A DNA stretch of 64,000 bases from an uncultured virus (IMG/VR IMGVR_UViG_3300018494_000099). Lineage: Duplodnaviria; Heunggongvirae; Uroviricota; Caudoviricetes. Location of the stretch: IMG/VR virus record IMGVR_UViG_3300018494_000099; one strand, given 5' to 3'. The position numbers and the translations under genes are program-made. Below, one piece after another: positions 11,713 through 22,217 of the stretch. A model generated the notes under the pieces. That model worked only from the letters and a program-made list of their open reading frames with translations. It was not told the origin of the DNA and searched no databases. Numbering within the stretch: the first letter of the stretch is position 1; the number at the start of each line of letters is the position of its first letter.

Positions 11713-12528
11713 TTAAAAGTTAGTTATAATAACTTCTTTGCCTTTTCTATTATCACCATTTCTATTAATACTCCGGCGAACGTCTACTTCAGTAAAGTTA
11801 AAGCCTCTATATAGATCTCTGATGAGCTCAGTATCATGGTTAGTGAGCATACAGTAAACTCCGTAGTCAGAAAGCTCCTTGTAGAAGTCAGAAAGCCTTA
11901 CATGATCCTCGTAGGCAAAACCTTCTTTAGTATAATCGACAAAAGAAGTAGGGGTTAAGGGAGCGTAAGGGCTGTCAATAAAAATAAAATCTTTCGGGGC
12001 TATACTTTTATCAGATTGTTCAAAGTCACCGCAAAGAAACCTTACATTCTGAATCTGCTTCGATACCTCTCTAAGGTGTTCCGCGTGAAACGATTGTCCA
12101 GTAAGTTTGCCATTAAAAGGAACGTTAAACTCTCCCTTACTATTAACTCTATAAAGACCGTTGAAACAGTGCTTATTCAAGTAGATAAATCTCGCTGCCT
12201 GTATAGGAATATCATTACCTAGATTTGAATTATAATTATCTCTGACACGGTAATAATAGCCTTTTGGGTCATCACTGTTTTCGTACCAAGAATCCAGTAT
12301 AGACAAATCTTCAATAACTTCTTCTACATTATCTCTAACCTGAAGATACATATTAATAAGCTCAGGATTAATATCATTAACTACTGCTTCTTCTGGACAT
12401 AGATCAAGTAGTACTGCTCCGCCTCCTAAGAAAGGCTCAAAGTATTTATTATATGAAGAAGGCATAAGTTCTTTAATCTTTTGAAGTAGCTGGGTTTTGC
12501 CTCCCGTCCATTTAATTATTGGTTTCAT
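11713..12528 (-). CDS. dam: Dam-family DNA adenine methyltransferase
   Basis: KWTGGK, EPFLGGGAV, NDIN, FNGLYRVN..G.FNVP, DSPY (DPPY variant), EVIITNF. Confidence 0.92.
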   Translation of the reverse strand: MKPIIKWTGGKTQLLQKIKELMPSSYNKYFEPFLGGGAVLLDLCPEEAVVNDINPELINMYLQVRDNVEEVIEDLSILDSWYENSDDPKGYYYRVRDNYNSNLGNDIPIQAARFIYLNKHCFNGLYRVNSKGEFNVPFNGKLTGQSFHAEHLREVSKQIQNVRFLCGDFEQSDKSIAPKDFIFIDSPYAPLTPTSFVDYTKEGFAYEDHVRLSDFYKELSDYGVYCMLTNHDTELIRDLYRGFNFTEVDVRRSINRNGDNRKGKEVIITNF

Positions 12529-13794
12529 TATTTCTTTCTCCTCTTTCTTTTAAGTCTAGTAATCCAAGTAGTAATAGGCTGGATAATAAATAGTATAGTC
12601 AGAGGACTAAGAACACAGCTTAGGCCAACACCAACCCAGTCACTTGCTCTTACTGGAGTGCCTTCATCGATACAAATGATAATCAAGGTGGCTAAGGTAT
12701 TAATCAGAAGCCAAGTAAGTATTATTACAGTAACTAACATTTCTGCTTCCTTTCTGCTCTCAATTCTTTCATTCTTGTTTTAGCTTCTTCCTCTGTATTA
12801 AAACCATCTTCTATAATAGTAGAATTAAAGGAAGGTTGCCAGTGCCAGCAATACAAGGGATCTCCAGTCTTAAGCTCTTCTCCGTATATATAATAACTCG
12901 CTACCTTAAGAGGCTTTCCTTTCTGGCCCCAGTATTCCATGATAGCCCACTTAGTTTCATAGGGGCCAGGATAGTAAGCAAGTACCTTATCAGCTCTCTG
13001 TATCTTCTGCTCTAGCGTCATATCAAAGCTCCTCCAGCTCTTGCTTTAAGGTCTTAACCTTTTCTCTACAGTAGGTCTCAATAAGCTTTGCAAGCTCCCG
13101 GTCAGTTATAACAATACCGGTAGAAGTACTACCTTCATGCTGGATACAGGGTTTCTTTTTAAAGAGCTTATATCGCTGATAAGGATAAGACATTATATAA
13201 GAGATTAACTGGTAGTCGCCTATCTGATCTTCAAGTTCTTTTGCTCTCTCTAAAATTTCTTTCTTCATTACATCTCCTCCAGTTCTTTAAGTAGTGCATC
13301 AATCTTAGGCTGCACGACAGCAACCAATTCATCTTCTATATTAATTCCAGAAGTCTGTACTATTTCTTCTGTTGTACGTAAACTCTTAAGTTCATCTATA
13401 AGAGCTTCATAACATTCTATTCTATTTAATAATAGAGAAATCTCTACTGCTTTCTTTCTTGTCATTCTTCTACTTCCACAGTAAGTTCTATAAGCTTCTT
13501 CTCTACATCGAGGTCTGCAATAAGTTCATCTACATCACTATAGACATTACCGAAGAAACAAAGGTCTCCGAAGCTATTAGTAAAATGCTTCCATACCCAG
13601 TTCCTCAGAAGCTCCTGATAAGGGTACTTCAGGAAGTTATAAGTCTTAAAACTTACTTTCGCCTCAGGAATAAAGGGAACTTTCTTATGTTCAAGGTGTG
13701 CTCTCCACTCTTCGAGTACAAGGTCCTGAGCAAGTCGCAAGGTATCATCACTATTAGTCAACTCAGTATATACAGCAAGAAAAGTATACTTCAT
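12528..13794 (-). other. five small hypothetical genes, the first a membrane protein
   Basis: Abutting ORFs 12528-12740, 12734-13021, 13023-13268, 13268-13465, 13462-13794. Confidence 0.75.
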
Positions 13795-13907
13795 AATATA
13801 TCCTCCGTAAATTTCTATAATATATAATACGATCTTTTCTAAGGAAATTTAATCAAATAAAAAGAAAAAGATTCCCAGTAGTTAAACTAAGAATCTTATA
13901 GTCTTTA

Positions 13908-14432
13908 TTAGATTGTGGTCTTCATATCAAGCAGCTTCTGTTTAAGAGCATCTAGGTCTCTATTAACTATTCGCATTTCTTTAGCATCAAAACGCGCAGA
14001 CAACTTACTCGTAAATTCTGAGAAGAGCGTATTTAACTCGTCTTTAGCAAATACTTTTGTAAACTTACTAAAATTACCAGTAGCGATTCTTTGTAGGTTA
14101 TCTAGAACTGTGGGATTAGTTATACCCTCAGCTTCAAGCGACGCAAGTAAATTTTTTGCTATACGAGAACGAAGTCTAATCCAATCTGAAGTAATAGTAC
14201 CATCTGCATTTCTATACCTAACTGGACGCCTATTTGCCTGGAAGTCGGTATTAGCTTTGACCCAAGCATATAGCTCATCCCTGTTAGTAAGGTCATAAGC
14301 CTTTCTACCGAAGGTTCTTGTGACAGGTTCTGAAGCTTCCTCAGCAGCTACCTCAGCTACAGAATCTTCAGTAGCAGGAACTTCGTCTTCCCACATGTCT
14401 TCGTATAGTTTAAACTCTTCATGTAACTTCAT
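13908..14432 (-). CDS. acidic-leader hypothetical protein (candidate virion-packaged protein)
   Basis: AAGGAG RBS; N-terminus MKLHEEFKLYEDMWEDE; probably co-transcribed from the GCTAAATTA motif at 15228. Confidence 0.7.
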   Translation of the reverse strand: MKLHEEFKLYEDMWEDEVPATEDSVAEVAAEEASEPVTRTFGRKAYDLTNRDELYAWVKANTDFQANRRPVRYRNADGTITSDWIRLRSRIAKNLLASLEAEGITNPTVLDNLQRIATGNFSKFTKVFAKDELNTLFSEFTSKLSARFDAKEMRIVNRDLDALKQKLLDMKTTI

Positions 14433-14455
14433 ATTTATATACTCCTTATTAAAAA

Positions 14456-15196
14456 TTATATACACTTTGATTTATCTGTAATATCGCCGGTCTTAAGAAG
14501 AATATCAAGTAGTGCTTCATAATCTTTTATGTAACCCCTTGAAATAATCTTCTCGCCATTATCCTCTACAGAAAGAACATAATCCCATTTTTCATAGGAT
14601 TTAAAGTTTCTCATTTCTGTTGTAGTTACTTCCAGTCTACGCTCCAGGCCCTGCTTATCGACCCAATAAGTCCTTAGCAAAGTAGGAGTAATTTTTCTAT
14701 CATGGTCCTGAGCAGGCAAAGGATTCACTGTTCTTAAATGACTATCTAACTTAACAAATTCATCTTCCCAGCTTTCTACAACACCAAACATTGTTTTTAC
14801 TTTGGGTCTTTTCTTTGTACTGCTCTTAGTAGTGGCGGAGGATGTAGTAGATGCAGTCGAAGTACTATAGCCAGCACTTACTTTATTTCCTTTTACAGCT
14901 ACCCATTCATTTATTCTATTAAGTTCTTCATACCAGTCCTCGAAGGTAGGCTTCTCAATAGACTCAAAGACAGGTCTTACTACATAACCAGCATCAGTAA
15001 GTGTCTGCTCCCAAGCATCCTCATACTTCTGTCTTATTTCTGCATAATGCTTTTCTTTGGGCAACCACTTATTGCCTTTATCTGCTTCTATCTTGCTAAG
15101 CTCTGCTTCCATACTCTGATCAAGCTCTTGCTTACACTTAATCAATTCTGGAGTAAGCTCTCCATCTATTGCGCATTGTTCAAAAATATCGTTCAT
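14456..15196 (-). CDS. hypothetical protein with Ser/Thr linker (candidate virion-packaged protein)
   Basis: 246 aa ORF, RBS GAGAGG, upstream GCTAAATTA motif. Confidence 0.75.
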   Translation of the reverse strand: MNDIFEQCAIDGELTPELIKCKQELDQSMEAELSKIEADKGNKWLPKEKHYAEIRQKYEDAWEQTLTDAGYVVRPVFESIEKPTFEDWYEELNRINEWVAVKGNKVSAGYSTSTASTTSSATTKSSTKKRPKVKTMFGVVESWEDEFVKLDSHLRTVNPLPAQDHDRKITPTLLRTYWVDKQGLERRLEVTTTEMRNFKSYEKWDYVLSVEDNGEKIISRGYIKDYEALLDILLKTGDITDKSKCI

Positions 15197-15226
15197 ATGT
15201 AATACCTCTCATAGTTTTGTGTCTAG

Positions 15227-15237
15227 ATAATTTAGCA
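15227..15237 (-). promoter_or_regulatory. putative late promoter TGCTAAATTAT
   Basis: One of 8 intergenic copies of the motif, all upstream of minus-strand starts. Confidence 0.65.
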
Positions 15238-15282
15238 ATAAAAAATAGCCAACCCTGGAAATAAGAGTTAGCTCTTTAAACT

Positions 15283-15561
15283 TTATTTTAATTCATGGCT
15301 GTCTAGTACAAAGGCCCTGTCACAGACATACTGGGATCTATTTATTTCTGTAGGATTAACTGGTCTGACTTCATATACTATAGGTTGACCACCAAACTTG
15401 TCAGCACACTTCTTGGCATAATTAGCAGCCGACAGTCGAGAGGGAGTAACGAATACGCAGTCCATGAACTTCTTTCTAAAGTCTTCTCTAAGTACTCTGG
15501 TTTCAATAGGCGGCAGAATTACTTTCAACCCAGGTATAGATGTTCCATGATAGTAGTTCAT
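15283..15561 (-). CDS. small ADP-ribosyltransferase-like protein (Arr-like)
   Basis: YYHGTS...VFVT...AANYA...PIVYEVRP matches the H-x-x/Y ART core of Arr-like proteins. Confidence 0.6.
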   Translation of the reverse strand: MNYYHGTSIPGLKVILPPIETRVLREDFRKKFMDCVFVTPSRLSAANYAKKCADKFGGQPIVYEVRPVNPTEINRSQYVCDRAFVLDSHELK

Positions 15562-18290
15562 CGTTCCTCCTGTTGCTTTACAGGACTGGTAAGTCTACGG
15601 TAAGCAGTATGAATCTTTCGCTTTAGATCCTCTAACCACATAGGTAGATTAGGATCCCCGGAAGAAGATAGTACATACTCTATTAGTTCATCAGCATCTT
15701 CGATAGCTTCCTTAAGAAGTTCAGTAGTAGGTGTAATCATATATATTCTCCTTTTACATATCCCAGTATTCTTCACACTCTGTTCTGGTTAAGAAACCCC
15801 ATACTGCTCTACCGATAAAGTCCGGGCAACCATAGGTATGTAGTACTGCTGTAGTACCATTGTCAAGAGTAGCTATAGCTTCTTTACCCTTAGAGTTCTG
15901 TCTAACCTGTACTTCCTTAATGAGTCCGAATACTATATCCGTGTTGTAAGGCTTTTGATACCAACAGGGTCGGCCGATCAGGGAGTCTTGCTCTGTAAGT
16001 TTATTAGTCCAGTAGCTCATGATAGATCTCCTTAAATCCAATCGAAGTATTCATACTCCTCGGTAATAGCATACTCACTAACTTCAAAGTGCTGATATCT
16101 ATTACTAGCCTTAAGCTCTTCACACTTTCTTTCTGCAGCTTCCTTACTGAGTGAAGCTCCAAGCTGGACTCTACGACCTTGGAAGTCAGTTTCTATTACG
16201 TGTATGATTACGCAGTTCTTCATCAGGTATACTCCTCTTACTTTAATATAACCGTATTAGTATCCTTATCGTACCAGACTTCTACATCTGCCTTATGTTC
16301 ATAGGCCGCAACATCTACTGTAGCAAGTGGCGGCACCTTAGAAGTCAATACAGCAATAAGCTCCTCTACTCTACAGGCTGTTGTTATATATTCTTCATTA
16401 TAGATCATATTTAATCTACCTTTCTAAAGTTCTCAATTTCAATATCCAGATCCAGACATTCGTTCTCATACCAAGTCCAAGCTGCTATGAACTTAGAGCC
16501 CTCAAACCAGCCGAGAGAATAGTAAGCACCGGAATCATCATCAGTACATTCCTCATAGATGATATCACACTTCTCAGACAGAATATAATCTCCATAGCTG
16601 CTGAGCTCAATGTGATAATAGTTATGATTATAGTGAGATATATCTTTGATATGAGTCAGAGTTCTTTTATCGATCTCGAAAGACATAGTTACGTTTCTAT
16701 CAAACATATCTTCCTCCTTAATCTATATCAAGTACTCTCTTGATTTCTTTTATTTTATTAGCAGCCCCAGCGAGTTTACCATAGGTATGACCATGAACTA
16801 TAGCACACATGATATTCTGCTTATCCGGCAGCGAGAAGTTATCTAGAGTCTGATTAAGTTCCCTTACTACTGGAATCATCTGTTCGTAGTTTCCATAGAT
16901 GTTCTGTCTGTAGATGTATCCGTCCTCATACTTGTACCAAGTATCTCCGTACATAAATTCAAAAGGTTTCATCTTTAGTTCTCCTTTACATACATAGTAG
17001 CAAGTCGCATAGTTTCCCAAGTCTTATATTCTTTCGCATGCTCTGGGGTATCAACTACTACGAAGTGTTCCTTACCAGAGTATGTATCTTTATCTATTAA
17101 GATAACTACTTGCTTCTTTACAAAGCCGTCTTTTAACATCTGCTTAGTATCCATAACAAACCTCAGCTTTCATAGTACTGAATAGTAATATAAACTCCGT
17201 CTGAGTTAGTAGCACAGGTATCCCAGTTAATGATTTCTACGTTAGGGTTTTCTTCTAGCCACTCATTAAGATACTCTGTGGCAGAACAACTCTTGGATCG
17301 TTCGATTGTATTTTCATATGACTCGAAAGTCTTAAATTTAATCTTCATTACTTTACTCCATACTTCTCTTTAAGTTCTGTAATGTCCCAGGGGTTTAAGA
17401 TCACTCCTCTGGAACATCCACCTATTCTGCAGATGTCTGCTAATATTTGTTCTGCTGCAGCCTTCTTTCCTTCTTCATATCCAAAGTCATGAATAGCTTT
17501 CTTAACATCTGCAGGGGTTTCATATATTCTCTGATTAAGAGTTTTATCCATAATTACTCTACTCCGTATTTCTTTTTAAGTTCTTCATAAGCTCTCGCTT
17601 CATACTCGTTAGATACATGAAGATGTAGCTTATCTATATCTTCAAAGATTAGCGCAGCAGCTACCCACTTACCTGCTCTATAGCCGTCTTCGTAACCAGC
17701 ATTATATTTCTTCTGACGAGCGATAGCTTCGTATACCCAATCATTATTCATCATCTTCCTCCCAATACTTAGGGTCTCTAAGTTCCTGACCGAAGAGGTT
17801 ATACCACTTTCCACACTCACAGCTTACTGCACCTTCGTATCCAGTATCAAGAACAACCTCTCTACCACAGATACACTTTCCTACTGCAGGGTTCGAGTAA
17901 GTATGCTTATAGACCTTAAACTCCGGTTCATTGAGTCTATCATCTGACTGACAACGATCGTAGTTAGCTCTCATCTCAGGTCCCATGTTCTCGAAGTCAG
18001 GTTCTCCAGAAGGAGTAGCAGGAAACCAGAAGCCGGCTTCGGGGTCATCCTTATAAGTATACTCGATATGATATTCAGGAATAGTTTCCAATGTTCTTTC
18101 TTTAATAATCTTAATCATAGCTCTCTCTCTCCTTATCTCAGGGTTACTGTATTGGTTTCGTGAGCATAACTTACTTCCACATAAGTATCTACGAAGATAT
18201 GCTTTAACTCAAGCGAGGCATCATCAGGAAGTTGGCTAAGCATTTCCTTAAGCTCCCCTACTGTTCGAGCGATACCATTAAAATTTTCCA
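15558..18290 (-). other. array of small hypothetical genes
   Basis: About 12 packed ORFs downstream of a TTTACA-N17-TATAAT promoter at about 18328-18357. Confidence 0.75.
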
Positions 18291-18437
18291 TCTGAAGGTA
18301 CTCCTTATGTATTTCTTTTTACATTTATATTATACCACAAAAAGTTTATTTTGTAAACCCTTTTTCTTAATTGTTAACAATTTATTCACAAATAGAAAAG
18401 GTAACCTACGTTAATAGATTACCTTATAATACAGTAT

Positions 18438-19499
18438 TTATCTTTCAAAAAACTTAGTCGTAATTTCTTCAGCTTGTTCAGGAGTAAGCGCCGGAACCTT
18501 CTCTAAAAGGAATATCTTTACTTTCTTCTGATTAACTTTGTTCTTTATTAGTGTGTAGAAGTTCCAGTTAAGCTCAGAGTCATAGTAAGAATAAGCTTCG
18601 CGGGCTTGCTTATAAATCGTACCGCGGTCAACTATGTAAGTAGTAGAAGAAGGTACATCTATAGAGTAGTATCTATCTATGTTATGTGAGCCACCGCGGA
18701 AGTAATCTACTAATACAATAAGCTTATTATGATCATACGCTAGATCCATTACTTTATCTATTGCTCTATCCGACTTAATAGGATTACCATTATTGTTTCT
18801 CCAAGTTAGAGAATAGCTTCCAATAAAACCGCCAGCACTCTTCCATACAGAATAAGCAGAAAGTACACCAGTACCAAACCTCTGTATTGCCATACCTAAG
18901 AGAGCATCTAAATCTTTATCACTTAAAGTAACCGCCGGTGTCGTGTCTTCTACCGGAGCCTCTGATGATACCGGTTCTTCTGTAGTATCAGAAACAGAGG
19001 TAGTTAGATCAGGTGCAGTGTCTGCTACTGGAGTTGTAGAAGTAGTAGAACTTACTGGCGCTGAAGCTGTCGCTGTGATCCCTCGCCTACTAAGTTCTCC
19101 CTCTATGATCTCAACTATCTCATCATAACCCTTACTCTTCGCGATCTCTAAGTAAGTATTTAGCTTAGCTTCACCTGCTGCTTTATAGTTTTCTCTTCTA
19201 GTACCATTATGCCAAGCATCAACCTTTTCTTCTGCAGTTAAGGAGCTTTCTAGTATTGTTTCTTCCTGTAGACTTTCCGAGTACTCAGATCCGAAAGCGT
19301 TCTCATCAAGTCCATCTGCCCATTCCCAGAAAAGATCATAAGCATCATTAATGTCTATATCGATTCCAAGTTCTATTATAGCATCAGTTACTATAGTCTC
19401 TTTGTCTTCTGCTCCAGCTGACTGCCAAGATTCCCAATCCCAGTTCGTAAGACCCTCCCAGAAAAGATCTACGAGTCTAGATCTAGTAAATTCATTCAT
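18438..19499 (-). CDS. acidic hypothetical protein with Thr/Ser/Pro linker (candidate virion-packaged protein)
   Basis: 353 aa; RBS GAGAGG; TGCTAAATTAT at 19533-19543; ESLQEETILES segment. Confidence 0.75.
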   Translation of the reverse strand: MNEFTRSRLVDLFWEGLTNWDWESWQSAGAEDKETIVTDAIIELGIDIDINDAYDLFWEWADGLDENAFGSEYSESLQEETILESSLTAEEKVDAWHNGTRRENYKAAGEAKLNTYLEIAKSKGYDEIVEIIEGELSRRGITATASAPVSSTTSTTPVADTAPDLTTSVSDTTEEPVSSEAPVEDTTPAVTLSDKDLDALLGMAIQRFGTGVLSAYSVWKSAGGFIGSYSLTWRNNNGNPIKSDRAIDKVMDLAYDHNKLIVLVDYFRGGSHNIDRYYSIDVPSSTTYIVDRGTIYKQAREAYSYYDSELNWNFYTLIKNKVNQKKVKIFLLEKVPALTPEQAEEITTKFFER

Positions 19500-19548
19500 G
19501 TTATAAACCTCTCGAATAATTTATTTAACTACATAATTTAGCAAATTA

Positions 19549-19579
19549 AAAACCCGGCCAACGTTAATCGACCGGGTTT
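19549..19579 (-). terminator. intrinsic terminator closing the methyltransferase operon
   Basis: AAACCCGGCC...GACCGGGTTT hairpin with U-tract on the minus strand. Confidence 0.7.
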
Positions 19580-19586
19580 GCAAGTG

Positions 19587-20144
19587 TTACCTATTGTATC
19601 TGTCGTATTTCTTCTCAAGCTTCTTCTGAAGAACATAGACATCTGTTCTATTATATTTAAACTGCTTTGATTTCTCAGGATTAAACTCCTTCTTAATCTG
19701 TCCTGTCTTTACGTAGTAGTGAAGCTGCTGCTTAGTAAGCTTAAGAAGATCACATACTTCTTTCGCAGACAGGGCATTAAGATACCGGATAGAAGACCTT
19801 GTATCTGGGTCATATACCAGTCTCCAGTTACTAGGTTCCCAGATACCGCAGCATGTTCCGGGCTCTGCTACTGAACTAAAGAAAGTCTTAGTGTAGTGTA
19901 GAATACTTGCTTCACGTTCTCCGTCAAGATCACCACTATCTTCTAAGAATTCAAGAAGCTCCGGGATACTATCTTTATACTGAGTGTAGAGTTCTACTTC
20001 ATCAGGTTCATCGACAAGAAAACCTTCTTCTACTAGGGAGTCACGCTCCTGCTGGAATACCGCGGACACATCGAACTCTTCATTAAGTACAGTAAGATAA
20101 CACTCTCTGTATCCTACTTTAAGATCATATATAAGTTTAAGCAT
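19587..20144 (-). CDS. protein with C-terminal MerR/excisionase-type HTH
   Basis: LSAKEVCDLLKLTKQQLHYYVKTGQI...YNRTDV. Confidence 0.75.
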   Translation of the reverse strand: MLKLIYDLKVGYRECYLTVLNEEFDVSAVFQQERDSLVEEGFLVDEPDEVELYTQYKDSIPELLEFLEDSGDLDGEREASILHYTKTFFSSVAEPGTCCGIWEPSNWRLVYDPDTRSSIRYLNALSAKEVCDLLKLTKQQLHYYVKTGQIKKEFNPEKSKQFKYNRTDVYVLQKKLEKKYDRYNR

Positions 20145-20157
20145 CTACTTTATCTCC

Positions 20158-20616
20158 TTAGAAAAATGAACTAAATAAATCACCGGGCTCAGGCTTCTTC
20201 CAATCATAAGCCGAACTAAATACAGTAAGACATCTTGGATCGGTAGCATCTCCTTGATGCAAGTGATGATAAGGAATCTCAGGTTTCCCAAGTTCTCTAC
20301 AGATCTTGTTTAATCTTCTTCGGCAAGCATTCAGCATAGTTTTGTCTAGCTCATTACCGAATACTTTATTAGAGTCTGCCCCAGCAATTAAACATGCTGC
20401 CAGCAAGTTTCCTGAACCCGCAGTAGGATCAAGTATCTTCTGACCTGCTAAAGAATCGACTTCGAATCTTTCTATCATCTGGATACTCAGGGCTGCTGGG
20501 GTAAAGAACTGTCCAAGCTTATCTCTTTCTTCCTGAGTTCTTCCTGCATACATTTCTTTTTTAAAGCTTTCAAACTCTGCAGTTATCTTCTGCCTTACTT
20601 CTTTTGATAGAATCAT
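20158..20616 (-). CDS. N6-adenine methyltransferase SAM-binding half (motifs X, I, II, III only)
   Basis: GQFFTP, ILDPTAGSGNLL, GNELD, HQGDA; ends without NPPY. Confidence 0.8.
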   Translation of the reverse strand: MILSKEVRQKITAEFESFKKEMYAGRTQEERDKLGQFFTPAALSIQMIERFEVDSLAGQKILDPTAGSGNLLAACLIAGADSNKVFGNELDKTMLNACRRRLNKICRELGKPEIPYHHLHQGDATDPRCLTVFSSAYDWKKPEPGDLFSSFF

Positions 20617-20618
20617 TC

Positions 20619-20957
20619 TTAAACCTCAATAATTTCAAAATCATGCTCAAATATATTTTCTACTTCATAAGTAGTTATATCGATTTCATCTGTACAAATT
20701 TGATTCTGTATAAATTTATGGTGTAAAGTAAACTTTAGATTATGCTCTATAGGATTGTAGGTATAGGAAGAAATTTCCAATACTTGATTTTTTAAACCTT
20801 TTACAAATAGTTCTTTCGACAACACATATGGATCTGCTCCTTCAAAATATGTAAGCTCTCCATCTTTTATCGGTGGGGTTGGACGACTGTTTGTACCAAT
20901 AGCAATAGCTAAATTTACATTTAAACAAACTACTTCTGTATTAAACTTTACTTTCAT
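20619..20957 (-). CDS. hypothetical protein lying between the two methyltransferase genes
   Basis: ORF starting MKVKFNTE with GGAGAG RBS. Confidence 0.6.
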   Translation of the reverse strand: MKVKFNTEVVCLNVNLAIAIGTNSRPTPPIKDGELTYFEGADPYVLSKELFVKGLKNQVLEISSYTYNPIEHNLKFTLHHKFIQNQICTDEIDITTYEVENIFEHDFEIIEV

Positions 20958-20958
20958 A

Positions 20959-22176
20959 TTATCTCTCCATATCCTTAAAGTTTTCAAGATCAGCCATAAC
21001 GTCAGCTATCTCAGTTTCAGTGTAACCATAGTCAGCAAGGATTTCTTCTACGGTCCAAGCGCGAGTCCAGTCTACTTTCGGGAACCACTTGTTAACTGGG
21101 ATGCTACTGTCAATATTGAGCGCTACAAAGACCTTAGAAATAAATCTAAAACCATTTGCAGAGTATAAGAAGTTTGCACAATTAGTTTTTTCGATTTCAG
21201 AAGCAAAGCATACTAGATAAAAGTCACCAACTCTACCAAACTGCTGCTCGCTCTTTGCAGACTGCTCGATTACATCTTCGCCTGTAATACTATTAGTATT
21301 ATATCTTGTAATAAGACTATTTTTGTCATAAGGTAAGTGTCCATGAGCTGCATCACGTTTACCGATATATATAGACTTACAAACACCGACATCTTCAAAA
21401 GCTTTGAAAGACGGTTTGTACAAAGCGCTATCAATCGCGTAGTGTCGTTTAGCCAGCAAAGTTTTAAAATACCGGTCAAGCTGCTGGTCAATATACTGGG
21501 AGATCTCAAATTCTTCCACAGTCATCTCATTAGCATCTTTAACAACTTCACAAAGGTGAGTGGTAACTGCAGCATCTGCAAATCCATTCTGGATGGGCTC
21601 CATATTTCTTACATACTGATGAAGGTTACTTACTCTCTTGTAATCATTTGCAGGAAGCAGGTTAATGTACTGAGCATAAGAAACATCAGAACGAATCTTA
21701 TCTGTAATCATAGCACCAATCTTTCCATAAGGCGGATTGGCAATAATAAGGTCAAACTTCATATTAAATATTTCCTTTAGTTCAATGATATTAATTTCTT
21801 CGTTAAAGCTTGCGGCAGCATGTCTTTTGAGAATAGCATAAGTAGAATCAGTCTTACTAGGAACTACCGTCTTTCCGGATACATGCCACTTACCCACGGC
21901 GATATAGATGTTCGCAGGATCGAAATCGGCTTTAAGAAGCTCAAGGTAAAGATGAAAAGAAGTATCATTCTGCAGACAAATCTTCGCGGTCTTAGGTACA
22001 GCAATCCTGGCTACGATTGCTTTAGCAATACTTTCAGAAAAGCCGTAAGAAATGTTACCTCTGAAGTTAATCAGGTCAGGGCTGATGAGCTGCTTAAGAA
22101 TATCGAGATCTGCAGCACTTACCTCGGAACCCTGTCTGTTATAGAAATTAGTAAATCTGCTCTTAATAGTCAACAT
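20959..22176 (-). CDS. Eco57I-like methyltransferase catalytic/target-recognition subunit
   Basis: MKFDLIIANPPYG (motif IV); C-terminal PKVDWTRAWTVEEILADYGYTETEI typical of Eco57I-like MTases; no intact motif I. Confidence 0.75.
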   Translation of the reverse strand: MLTIKSRFTNFYNRQGSEVSAADLDILKQLISPDLINFRGNISYGFSESIAKAIVARIAVPKTAKICLQNDTSFHLYLELLKADFDPANIYIAVGKWHVSGKTVVPSKTDSTYAILKRHAAASFNEEINIIELKEIFNMKFDLIIANPPYGKIGAMITDKIRSDVSYAQYINLLPANDYKRVSNLHQYVRNMEPIQNGFADAAVTTHLCEVVKDANEMTVEEFEISQYIDQQLDRYFKTLLAKRHYAIDSALYKPSFKAFEDVGVCKSIYIGKRDAAHGHLPYDKNSLITRYNTNSITGEDVIEQSAKSEQQFGRVGDFYLVCFASEIEKTNCANFLYSANGFRFISKVFVALNIDSSIPVNKWFPKVDWTRAWTVEEILADYGYTETEIADVMADLENFKDMER

Positions 22177-22217
22177 CTTTTCATCCTCCTTAATATATAA
22201 TACGATATGAACAGTTG

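Noticed and set aside
18371..18391. Rex operator (TTGTGAA-N4-TTCACAA), attractive given the NAD genes
   Set aside because: Spacing is wrong here and at 25424; the sites fit the 11-bp direct-repeat family better.
20158..22176. Simple pseudogenised methyltransferase broken by an insertion
   Set aside because: The N-terminal-motif half lies downstream of the NPPY half, and both have RBSs and clean ORFs, so a single disruption cannot explain the arrangement.
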